Positions 15,608 to 23,792 of a DNA stretch of 24,000 nt are shown here, one piece after another (position 1 is the stretch's first letter; each line of letters starts with the position of its first letter). The DNA lies in the NCBI RefSeq assembly GCF_965228935.1, contig NZ_OZ245846.1, positions 127,537-151,536 on the forward strand, in the 5' to 3' direction. The DNA comes from Ulvibacterium sp. Lineage in GTDB: Bacteria; Bacteroidota; Bacteroidia; Flavobacteriales; Flavobacteriaceae. Both the position numbers and the translations under genes were made by a program. The notes below the pieces were generated by a model. It had not been told where the DNA came from. It saw only the letters and a program-made list of their open reading frames with translations, and did no database searches.

Positions 15608-18004
15608 ATGGAAACGACAAAGTGTTATCATTGCGGTGACCCTTGTGGCACTACATCCATAAAGTTCGATGAAAAAGACTTTTGCTGCAACGGTTGTAAG
15701 ACTGTATACGAAATTTTTTCTAGCAACGACCTATCCTATTATTACGACCTACAATCGGCTGCTGGGGCCACTCCAAAAGAGGTTGAAGGAAAGTACGATT
15801 TTTTGGATACTGCTGCTATTGTTGAAAGATTAACGGAATTCAACGAAAACAACGTTCAGGTAGTCCGCTTATACATTCCGCACATCCATTGTAGTTCCTG
15901 TATCTGGGTACTGGAGAATTTGAACAAGCTACATCCATCCGTAACCACTGCCCAGGTAGATTTTCCTAAAAAAACGGTTCGCATAACCTATACGACCACC
16001 GATTTTTCCTTAAAAAAACTGGTTGTCCTACTGGCCCGTATCGGGTACGAACCCTACATTTCCCTAGAGGATTACGATAGTGGCAAAAAAAAGGTGGATA
16101 GGAGCCTCATCTATAAACTAGGGGTCGCCGGTTTTGCTTTTGGAAATGTAATGTTCCTTTCCTTTCCGGAATACTTTGATCTACATTTGAACGGAGCGGT
16201 TACCGAGGAATTTTGGCTGGAGCGGTACAAACATCTTTTTCGCTGGTTGATGTTCGTCTTTTCGTTACCCGTAGTATTTTATGCGGGCCAGGACTATTTT
16301 ATATCGGCCTATAAGGGACTGCGGAGTCGGTTGTTAAATATCGATGTGCCCATTGCCCTGGGTATTTTGGTGCTCTTTTTGCGTAGCACCCTGGAAATCA
16401 TTTTCGACTTGGGAAGCGGTTTCTTCGACAGCCTTACGGGACTTGTCTTCTTCCTTTTGCTCGGAAAGTTCTTTCAGCAAAAAACGTATTCCTTTCTTTC
16501 CTTTGAGCGGGATTACAAATCGTATTTCCCCATTGCGATTACCCGAATAAACCCTAACGGAAAGGAGGAATCCGTTCAGGTATATAAAATTAAACGGGGG
16601 GATAGGCTGCTTATTCGGAACCAAGAACTTATTCCGGCAGATGGTATTCTCATCAACGGTGATGCTCAAATAGATTACAGTTTTGTTACCGGCGAATCCG
16701 AACCTGTACGTAAAGTATCCGGGGACAAAATCTTTGCCGGAGGGAAGCAATTGAACGGTGCCATAGAAATGGAGGTTCTAAAATCCGTATCCCAAAGCTA
16801 TCTTACCCAGCTTTGGAGCAATACCGTATTTCAAAAGGATAGACCAAGCAGGTTCAGGACACTTACGGATAGTATCGGAAAACGATTTACATTGGCCGTA
16901 TTGACTATTGCATCCATAGCTACGGCCTTTTGGCTATATTATGATCCCAGCAAGGCCTTGAACGTTTTTACGGCCGTTCTAATCATAGCCTGCCCATGCG
17001 CCATTGCTTTGGCGGCACCATTTACCTTGGGAAACATGTTGCGTATCTTCGGCCGGAAAAAATTCTACCTCAAGGATGCCCAGGCCATAGAACGATTGGC
17101 CATAATCGGCACTGCCATTTTTGATAAGACCGGAACCCTAACCACAACCAAGAGGACTACGGCCAGTTATGAGGGCATGCCCCTAACAGTAGAGGAAGAA
17201 TCCTTATTGAAGAACACGTTGCGGGCCTCCAATCACCCATTAAGCCGTGCCCTGTACGACATACTTGCGGAAAACAACATTGTTCCCCTGGACGAATATG
17301 AGGAACATTTGGGCAAAGGTCTGGAAGGGAGCAAGGATGACAACCATATAAAAATTGGATCGGCAGATTTCGTAGGTGCGGAATCGTCGACAAATGAGTT
17401 GAACACATCCGTATACGTAAGCAGCAATGAGAACTACAAAGGGCGTTACGTTTTCCACAATATGTATCGCGAAGGTGTTCCGGAACTGTTCCGTACCATG
17501 TCCGCAGACTTGAAATTGGCCATTCTCTCGGGGGACAACGAAGGTGAAAAAACACGTTTGGAAAAACTGTTACCTAAATTAGTACCTTTATACTTTGACC
17601 AGAAACCGAAGGACAAGCTGCAATTCATCAAATCCCTGCAAGAGCAAGGCGAAAAAGTGATGATGGTCGGCGACGGACTAAATGATGCAGGGGCCTTGGC
17701 CCAAAGTGACGTAGGCATAGCCATCTCCGAAAATGTAAACGTGTTCTCCCCTGCTTGTGACGGTATCCTGGATGCTACCAAATTCCGGCAGTTATATCAA
17801 TACATACTGGCTTCCAAAAAAGCCATGAAAATAATCAAACTTAGTTTTGTGCTGTCCCTGTTATATAATGTAGTCGGACTTTACTTTGCGGTAACCGGAC
17901 AATTGCAGCCTGTTATTGCGGCCATTTTGATGCCATTGAGCTCAATCAGTATTGTGTTGTTTACAACGGTAATGACGAATCTATTGGGTAAAAAACTAAA
18001 GTAA
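15608..18004 (+). CDS. ccoI: Copper-translocating P1B-type ATPase for cbb3 oxidase maturation (CcoI/FixI)
   Basis: N-terminal Cys-rich domain (CYHCGDPC...CCNGC), an HMA-like CSSC, the TM6 CPC motif (IIACPCAIALA), the phosphorylation site DKTGTLT and the hinge GDGLNDAGAL. It is adjacent to ccoS and ccoN. Confidence 0.9.
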   Translation: METTKCYHCGDPCGTTSIKFDEKDFCCNGCKTVYEIFSSNDLSYYYDLQSAAGATPKEVEGKYDFLDTAAIVERLTEFNENNVQVVRLYIPHIHCSSCIWVLENLNKLHPSVTTAQVDFPKKTVRITYTTTDFSLKKLVVLLARIGYEPYISLEDYDSGKKKVDRSLIYKLGVAGFAFGNVMFLSFPEYFDLHLNGAVTEEFWLERYKHLFRWLMFVFSLPVVFYAGQDYFISAYKGLRSRLLNIDVPIALGILVLFLRSTLEIIFDLGSGFFDSLTGLVFFLLLGKFFQQKTYSFLSFERDYKSYFPIAITRINPNGKEESVQVYKIKRGDRLLIRNQELIPADGILINGDAQIDYSFVTGESEPVRKVSGDKIFAGGKQLNGAIEMEVLKSVSQSYLTQLWSNTVFQKDRPSRFRTLTDSIGKRFTLAVLTIASIATAFWLYYDPSKALNVFTAVLIIACPCAIALAAPFTLGNMLRIFGRKKFYLKDAQAIERLAIIGTAIFDKTGTLTTTKRTTASYEGMPLTVEEESLLKNTLRASNHPLSRALYDILAENNIVPLDEYEEHLGKGLEGSKDDNHIKIGSADFVGAESSTNELNTSVYVSSNENYKGRYVFHNMYREGVPELFRTMSADLKLAILSGDNEGEKTRLEKLLPKLVPLYFDQKPKDKLQFIKSLQEQGEKVMMVGDGLNDAGALAQSDVGIAISENVNVFSPACDGILDATKFRQLYQYILASKKAMKIIKLSFVLSLLYNVVGLYFAVTGQLQPVIAAILMPLSSISIVLFTTVMTNLLGKKLK

Positions 18005-18012
18005 CCCATTCC

Positions 18013-18040
18013 TCTTTTTGTATAGGTCGGGACAAAAAGA
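18013..18040 (+). other. AU-rich inverted repeat just after the ccoI stop (weak terminator or processing hairpin candidate)
   Basis: TCTTTTTGT (18013..18021) pairs perfectly with ACAAAAAGA (18032..18040) across a 10-nt loop. There is no downstream U-tract. Confidence 0.25.
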
Positions 18041-18051
18041 AAAATTAAATT

Positions 18052-18070
18052 AAAAACTGATAAATATCAT
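18052..18070 (+). promoter_or_regulatory. FNR/CRP-type box C (AAAAACTGATAAATATCAT) upstream of ccoS-ccoNO
   Basis: The dyad centre is 57.5 nt upstream of the ccoS ATG. Its core TGAT-N4-ATCA is the closest of the three to TTGAT-N4-ATCAA. Confidence 0.55.
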
Positions 18071-18120
18071 TTTCTATGGATAGTGCCCAACTTAGTTTTA
18101 CGCCAGAATTCAGGTAAGGT

Positions 18121-18342
18121 ATGAGTGTTATATATGTATTGTTGACCATTAGCATTGTTGTTGCGGTCATCTTTTTCACAGCGTTTATTGTTTCCGTCAG
18201 GAGTGGTCAGTATGACGATTCCTATACCCCATCGGTACGTATGTTGTTCGAGGATGAATTGGTCAAGACCTCGTCGCTGACAGGAGGTGAAGAATCGAAA
18301 GGTAAACCAAAAGTGGATAAATCAACCGAAATAAATCAATAG
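18121..18342 (+). CDS. ccoS: cbb3-type cytochrome oxidase maturation protein CcoS/FixS
   Basis: 73 aa with a single N-terminal TM followed by the signature SGQYDD...P..RMLFEDE. Position between ccoI and ccoN. Confidence 0.85.
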   Translation: MSVIYVLLTISIVVAVIFFTAFIVSVRSGQYDDSYTPSVRMLFEDELVKTSSLTGGEESKGKPKVDKSTEINQ

Positions 18343-18347
18343 TTATT

Positions 18348-20549
18348 ATGGAAGTACAGCAGTTTTATTACGATAATAAAATCGTAAAAAAATTCCTCTA
18401 TGCGACGATGTTGTGGGGGATTGTAGGTTTTCTGGTAGGACTGATATTGGCCTTTATGTTCCTATTCCCCAACTTGACCGATGGCATCTCCTGGTTAAGT
18501 TTTGGTCGTTTGCGGCCATTACATACCAATGCGGTAATCTTTGCCTTTGTGGGGAACGCCATTTTCGCAGGGGTCTACTACTCTACCCAACGTTTGCTCA
18601 AGGCACGGATGTTCAGTGATTTTCTGAGTAATTTTAATTTTTGGGGATGGCAATTGATTATTGTGGCCGCCGCAATAACCCTTCCTTTGGGATATACCAC
18701 CTCCAAGGAATATGCCGAGTTGGAATGGCCCATAGATATTGCCATTGCACTGGTCTGGGTCACTTTTGGTGTGAACCTAATTGGAACCATGATCAAAAGG
18801 AGGCAGCGCCATCTTTATGTAGCCATTTGGTTCTATGTGGCCACCTTCGTAACTGTTGCCGTACTACATATTTTCAATAGCCTAGAGCTTCCCATAAGCG
18901 CCTTAAAAAGCTATTCCGTTTATGCCGGGGTTCAGGATGCCCTGGTGCAATGGTGGTATGGACACAATGCCGTTGCCTTTTTCTTGACTACCCCGTTCCT
19001 CGGACTTATGTATTACTTTGTACCCAAGGCCGCGAACAGACCCATCTATTCCTATAGACTGTCCATAGTGCACTTCTGGTCCTTGATATTTATCTATATC
19101 TGGGCAGGACCGCACCACTTGTTGTATTCAGCCTTGCCAGATTGGGCACAGAATCTAGGTGTCGCCTTTTCCGTAATGTTGATCGCTCCTTCCTGGGGAG
19201 GTATGATCAACGGATTGTTGACCCTACGTGGAGCATGGGACAAGGTACGGACCGACCCCACACTTAAATTCATGGTCGTGGCGATCACCGGTTATGGTAT
19301 GGCCACATTTGAGGGGCCCATGCTATCCCTGAAGAACGTAAATGCCATCGCCCATTTTAGTGACTGGATCATTGCCCATGTCCATGTTGGCGCATTGGCC
19401 TGGAACGGCTTCCTGACCTTTGGCATGATTTATTGGTTGGTTCCCAAAATGTTCAAGACACGATTGCATTCCACCCCCTTGGCCAATTTCCATTTCTGGA
19501 TAGGCACCTTGGGCATCATTCTATATGCATTGCCCATGTACGTAGCCGGATTTACCCAGGCGTTGATGTGGAAAGACTTTAATCCGGATGGTACATTGGT
19601 CTACGGAAACTTCTTGGAGACCGTAAACGAAATCATTCCCATGTACTGGATGCGTGCCATTGGAGGTACCCTTTACCTTGTCGGGGCCGTTGTAATGGTG
19701 TATAACGTAGTCGTAACCATTAAATCAGGTAGCAAGGTAGAGGATGAGCTTGCCGAGGCAGCCGCCCTGACAAGGGTTTCCAAAAGGAGGACCGCAGGCG
19801 AGACCTTCCATACCTGGTTGGAGCGTAAACCCATACAATTGACCATCTTGGCCACAGTAGCCATTTTAATAGGGGGTATTATCCAGATTGTCCCTACCAT
19901 TTTGGTAAAATCGAATATCCCCACTATTACCAGTGTAAAACCGTATACCCCTTTGGAATTGGAAGGTAGGGACCTTTATATTCGAGAAGGATGTGTGGGC
20001 TGTCATTCGCAGATGATCCGTCCTTTCCGAAGTGAGGTGGAACGTTACGGCGAATATGCCAAGGCAGGGGAATTCGTTTATGACCACCCCTTCCTCTGGG
20101 GTAGTAAACGGACCGGACCGGATTTACTTCGTGTCGGCGGAAAATATTCGGATAACTGGCACTTTAACCATATGTACGATCCCCAAACCACCTCATCGGG
20201 ATCTATAATGCCCGCTTACCGATGGCTTATAAATAACGAACATGACCGTAGTGCGATACAGGATAAAATGGAGGCTATGGTTAGCTTAGGGGTACCGTAC
20301 TCCGAAGAGGATATTGCCAATGCTCCGCAAGCCATGGAAGAACAGGCGAGCCAAATCGAAAAGAATCTATATTCCGATCCAGATTTTGTAGCAAGCTATG
20401 AAGCGTCCAAAAAGCGTGCACAGGAAAACGGGCAGGAATTTATAGAAATGAAAGATCGTGAAATTGTTGCCATGATCGCCTATCTGCAAAGATTGGGTAC
20501 GGACATCAAAGTTAAGGACACTGACGGATTACTCTCAGAAAACAAATAA
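18348..20549 (+). CDS. ccoNO: cbb3-type cytochrome c oxidase, fused subunits I and II (CcoN-CcoO)
   Basis: 733 aa. The polytopic heme-copper oxidase part contains conserved His residues (WYGHNAV, HHLLY, HVHVG). The CcoO-like C-terminal part has a TM anchor and the heme c site CVGCHSQMIRP. Confidence 0.93.
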   Translation: MEVQQFYYDNKIVKKFLYATMLWGIVGFLVGLILAFMFLFPNLTDGISWLSFGRLRPLHTNAVIFAFVGNAIFAGVYYSTQRLLKARMFSDFLSNFNFWGWQLIIVAAAITLPLGYTTSKEYAELEWPIDIAIALVWVTFGVNLIGTMIKRRQRHLYVAIWFYVATFVTVAVLHIFNSLELPISALKSYSVYAGVQDALVQWWYGHNAVAFFLTTPFLGLMYYFVPKAANRPIYSYRLSIVHFWSLIFIYIWAGPHHLLYSALPDWAQNLGVAFSVMLIAPSWGGMINGLLTLRGAWDKVRTDPTLKFMVVAITGYGMATFEGPMLSLKNVNAIAHFSDWIIAHVHVGALAWNGFLTFGMIYWLVPKMFKTRLHSTPLANFHFWIGTLGIILYALPMYVAGFTQALMWKDFNPDGTLVYGNFLETVNEIIPMYWMRAIGGTLYLVGAVVMVYNVVVTIKSGSKVEDELAEAAALTRVSKRRTAGETFHTWLERKPIQLTILATVAILIGGIIQIVPTILVKSNIPTITSVKPYTPLELEGRDLYIREGCVGCHSQMIRPFRSEVERYGEYAKAGEFVYDHPFLWGSKRTGPDLLRVGGKYSDNWHFNHMYDPQTTSSGSIMPAYRWLINNEHDRSAIQDKMEAMVSLGVPYSEEDIANAPQAMEEQASQIEKNLYSDPDFVASYEASKKRAQENGQEFIEMKDREIVAMIAYLQRLGTDIKVKDTDGLLSENK

Positions 20550-20555
20550 AAGGCC

Positions 20556-20750
20556 ATGTTGAAATTTGTAAAAAACCATATGGAAAGTATAGAGGGCATC
20601 GCCACCTATCCCATGATATCACTGCTTATCTTCTTTGTCTTTTTTGCCTTGCTCTTCTGGTGGGTATTTACCGCAGGAAAGGACTATATCAAAGAGGTTA
20701 GCGAACTGCCCTTGGAAAAAGATAATCAACCTAAAGAAGAAGTATTATGA
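20556..20750 (+). CDS. Small single-TM cbb3 oxidase subunit, CcoQ/FixQ-like
   Basis: 64 aa with one TM (MISLLIFFVFFALLFWWVF). It sits between ccoNO and ccoP, and its stop overlaps the ccoP start (ATGA). Confidence 0.6.
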   Translation: MLKFVKNHMESIEGIATYPMISLLIFFVFFALLFWWVFTAGKDYIKEVSELPLEKDNQPKEEVL

Positions 20751-21703
20751 GAAATATGTCACCCTGGTGGATACGGATCCCCGTAGTTTTTTTCCTCATT
20801 TTTGGATTGATGGAATATTTCATCGATTCCGGGGATAAACCAGCAATTATTGAATATCCCATTACCCAGTTCTTTATGCTGATGGTGTTGCTGATCTTGA
20901 TCGGGATAGAATTGATACTTCAATCCATAGAAAATGTAATGTTCCAAACCCTTACAGAGGAAGCCAAGGAACGCTATCTTGAGGCGAAAGCCAAAAGATG
21001 GGAGTGGAAATGGGGTAAAAAAATGTACCAAAAATCATTGGGCTCCAAACCTATAGAGGCCGAAGGCGAAATTATCCTGGACCATAACTATGATGGTATC
21101 CGGGAGTTGGACAATAAATTACCGCCCTGGTGGGTCTGGATGTTTTATGCCACTATTATTTTTGGTGTAGTATACCTTGCCCGTTTTCATGTTTTTGGGG
21201 ATTACACCCAGGATGAGGAATATACCACAGAGGTAGCCTTGGCCGAGGCCCAAATAGAGGAGTACAAGAAAACCGCAAAGGATTTGGTGGATGTCAATAC
21301 AGTGGAGCTTTTGACGGATGCCTCGGATCTAAGTGCAGGGAAGGCCATTTTTGAGACCAATTGTGTGGCTTGCCATATGGCAGACGGTGGCGGAGGTATC
21401 GGCCCCAATTTAACTGACGCCAATTGGATTCTAGGAGGAGGTATCAAAAATGTGTTCAATACCATTTCCGAAGGAGGACGGGATGGCAAAGGTATGGTGG
21501 CCTGGAAGAATGTGCTCAAACCTGCGGAAATGGCCCAGGTAGCCAGCTATTTATTGACCTTCCAAGGGACAACGCCGGCAAATCCAAAAGCTCCGGAAGG
21601 GGATATTTGGGTAGACCCGGATGCCCCGACCATGGAAATTCCGGAACAGCCAAAAGACTCTGTAGCTATAGAAACGGACTCGACAACGGTGGCCATCAAT
21701 TAA
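20747..21703 (+). CDS. ccoP: cbb3-type cytochrome c oxidase subunit III (CcoP/FixP), monoheme form with N-terminal extension
   Basis: FixP N-terminal signature DHNYDGIRELDNKLPPWW followed by a TM. There is a single CXXCH (CVACH) with a distal Met region (GMVAW). Two extra predicted TM helices precede the signature. Confidence 0.82.
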   Translation: MRNMSPWWIRIPVVFFLIFGLMEYFIDSGDKPAIIEYPITQFFMLMVLLILIGIELILQSIENVMFQTLTEEAKERYLEAKAKRWEWKWGKKMYQKSLGSKPIEAEGEIILDHNYDGIRELDNKLPPWWVWMFYATIIFGVVYLARFHVFGDYTQDEEYTTEVALAEAQIEEYKKTAKDLVDVNTVELLTDASDLSAGKAIFETNCVACHMADGGGGIGPNLTDANWILGGGIKNVFNTISEGGRDGKGMVAWKNVLKPAEMAQVASYLLTFQGTTPANPKAPEGDIWVDPDAPTMEIPEQPKDSVAIETDSTTVAIN

Positions 21704-21806
21704 GAGGTATTTCAAGTTCTAAGGACACAAGAGAAGTATGAATTTCCCCCGAATGAGATTCTCCCGAATACTGGAGAAATGAAACCGGGTTTGAAAGCGG
21801 TGTAAA

Positions 21807-23225
21807 ATGGCACAGGACCAGGAAAATTTTAGGGACAGCATAGGCACCATCAATGAAGAAGGCAAGCGGGCCTGGATATATCCAAAAAAGCCAAGTGGAA
21901 AGTTCTATGCCTATCGCAAATACGTAAGTTATTTTCTGTTGGCCTTTTTGTTTGCCTCGCCGTTTATCAAGATTGATGGTAATCAGTTTTTGATGTTCAA
22001 TGTACTGGAACGCCGTTTTAATATTTTTGGTTTTCCTTTTTGGCCGCAGGACTTTCATCTGTTTGTGATTTCGATGATTATCGGGGTCATATTCATTGCC
22101 CTGTTCACGGTAGCCTTTGGCCGTATTTTCTGTGGATGGATGTGTCCACAGACTATTTTTATGGAAATGGTTTTCCGTCGTATCGAATACTGGATCGATG
22201 GCGACCGTGGTGCCCAGATAAGATTGGATAGACAGCCATGGAATGGCGAAAAGATTAGGAAACGGGTCTTAAAATGGACTGTTTTTTTCCTGATATCCTT
22301 TCTCATAGCCAATGTTTTTTTGGCATATCTTATTGGAAGTGATAGATTGATACAGTACATAACCGATGGCCCTTTGCAACATGTAAGTACATTGGTTTCA
22401 TTATTGATCTTTACAGCGGTCTTTTATTTTGTATTTGCTTGGTTTCGGGAACAGGTCTGTATCATCGCTTGTCCGTATGGAAGGATGCAAGGGGTATTAC
22501 TGGACAATAAATCCATTGTAGTGGCCTATGACCATAAACGCGGAGAGGCCGAAAACGGACGAAAAAAATGGCGTAAGAACGAAGATCGGAAAGCGCTGGG
22601 CCATGGGGATTGTATAGACTGCAACCAATGCGTGGTGGTGTGTCCCACCGGAATAGACATTAGAAACGGAACACAGTTGGAATGCGTTAACTGCACGGCC
22701 TGTATCGATGAATGCGATACCATCATGGAGAAGGTAAACCTTCCCAAGGGTCTTATCCGGTATGCCAGTGAGGATGAAATCGTAAAAAAGGAAAAATTCA
22801 AATTCAATCCAAGGTTAAAAGGATATACCGCGGTATTGACAATTTTGACCGGGGTATTGATCGGGATGCTCTTTTTGAGAAACGATTTGGAAGCGAACAT
22901 TCTGCGGTTACCGGGGCAGCTGTACGAGCGAAAGGACAATAATATCATCAGTAATGTGTATACCTATAAATTGGTAAACAAGACTACAAAGAGTATCGGC
23001 GACGTAAGTTTTAAACTTTTATCGCATCAAGGAAAAATAGAACTGGTACGGCATGAGAATTTTGAGGTTCCGGCGCAGGATTTGGCGGAAGGCACATTGT
23101 TTATCGAAATAAACAATGCGGCCCTGGAAGGTGACAAGGACAAGTTGAAAATTGGTGTTTACAGTGGGAGCGAACTTATCGAAACCACGACGGCCCGTTT
23201 TTTGGCGCCGAGGAGCTATAACTAA
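21807..23225 (+). CDS. ccoG: CcoG/FixG, 4Fe-4S ferredoxin-type cbb3 assembly protein (cupric reductase family)
   Basis: Motifs CGWMCPQ, CIIACPYGR, CIDCNQCVVVCP and CVNCTACIDEC, with TM helices in the N-terminal half. Confidence 0.9.
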   Translation: MAQDQENFRDSIGTINEEGKRAWIYPKKPSGKFYAYRKYVSYFLLAFLFASPFIKIDGNQFLMFNVLERRFNIFGFPFWPQDFHLFVISMIIGVIFIALFTVAFGRIFCGWMCPQTIFMEMVFRRIEYWIDGDRGAQIRLDRQPWNGEKIRKRVLKWTVFFLISFLIANVFLAYLIGSDRLIQYITDGPLQHVSTLVSLLIFTAVFYFVFAWFREQVCIIACPYGRMQGVLLDNKSIVVAYDHKRGEAENGRKKWRKNEDRKALGHGDCIDCNQCVVVCPTGIDIRNGTQLECVNCTACIDECDTIMEKVNLPKGLIRYASEDEIVKKEKFKFNPRLKGYTAVLTILTGVLIGMLFLRNDLEANILRLPGQLYERKDNNIISNVYTYKLVNKTTKSIGDVSFKLLSHQGKIELVRHENFEVPAQDLAEGTLFIEINNAALEGDKDKLKIGVYSGSELIETTTARFLAPRSYN

Positions 23226-23250
23226 AATGATTCGGTAAAAAATATCGACT

Positions 23251-23697
23251 ATGAAAATTAATTGGGGAACAGGTATAGTATTGGCATTTGTAGGATTCAT
23301 TGGGTTCATCCTATTTTTTGTAGTACGGATGAGTATGGACAATAAGGCCAACCATGACCTGGTTACCGAGGAGTATTACAAACAGGAACTGGCCTATCAA
23401 AAAGAGATCGATGCCGAGGCCAATGCCAAAAACTTGACCGACCCGATCAAGATAGAAAAAACGAACAAGGGCCTTTTATTGAAGTTTCCAAAAAATCTGG
23501 AAGGACAAAATATACAAGGAACAGTGTCCCTATATAGACCATCCAATAAACACCTGGATTTTAACTTACCCGTAAGTTTATCCAATGCACATTTGCTCAT
23601 ACCTGACAAACGTTTGTTGGGTGGTCGCTGGGACATTAAGATTATTTGGGAACATGAAGGAAAAGAATTTTTGCACAAGGAAAGTATAACGTATTAG
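23251..23697 (+). CDS. ccoH: FixH/CcoH family cbb3 assembly protein
   Basis: 148 aa with an N-terminal TM (GTGIVLAFVGFIGFILFFVV) and a periplasmic FixH-like domain. It lies directly downstream of ccoG. Confidence 0.75.
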   Translation: MKINWGTGIVLAFVGFIGFILFFVVRMSMDNKANHDLVTEEYYKQELAYQKEIDAEANAKNLTDPIKIEKTNKGLLLKFPKNLEGQNIQGTVSLYRPSNKHLDFNLPVSLSNAHLLIPDKRLLGGRWDIKIIWEHEGKEFLHKESITY

Positions 23698-23702
23698 ATA
23701 TT

Positions 23703-23774
23703 AGACATGAGACGTTAGATTTTAGATACTTGGATGCAGAATTCAGCTCATCTTATACCTTACGTCTCATATCT
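23703..23774. repeat. Long-range inverted repeat in the fixH to DsbD_2-like spacer
   Basis: AGACATGAGACGTTAG (23703..23718) pairs with CTTACGTCTCATATCT (23759..23774) at 14 of 16 positions, including a perfect 9-bp core ATGAGACGT/ACGTCTCAT. The loop is 40 nt. TTAGAYA words repeat at 23693..23729. Confidence 0.5.
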
Positions 23775-23792
23775 CAAGTCTTAAACTAAGAA

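Noticed and set aside
16334-17781. Several 64-138-aa minus-strand ORFs inside ccoI (16334..16750, 17157..17555, 17446..17781)
   Set aside because: They are antisense to a P-type ATPase carrying all canonical motifs in frame. They have no recognisable domains and are typical shadow ORFs.
21696-22058. 120-aa minus-strand ORF spanning the ccoP-ccoG spacer
   Set aside because: It mostly overlaps the ccoG N-terminus in antisense. The composition is basic and low-complexity, and there is no promoter context.
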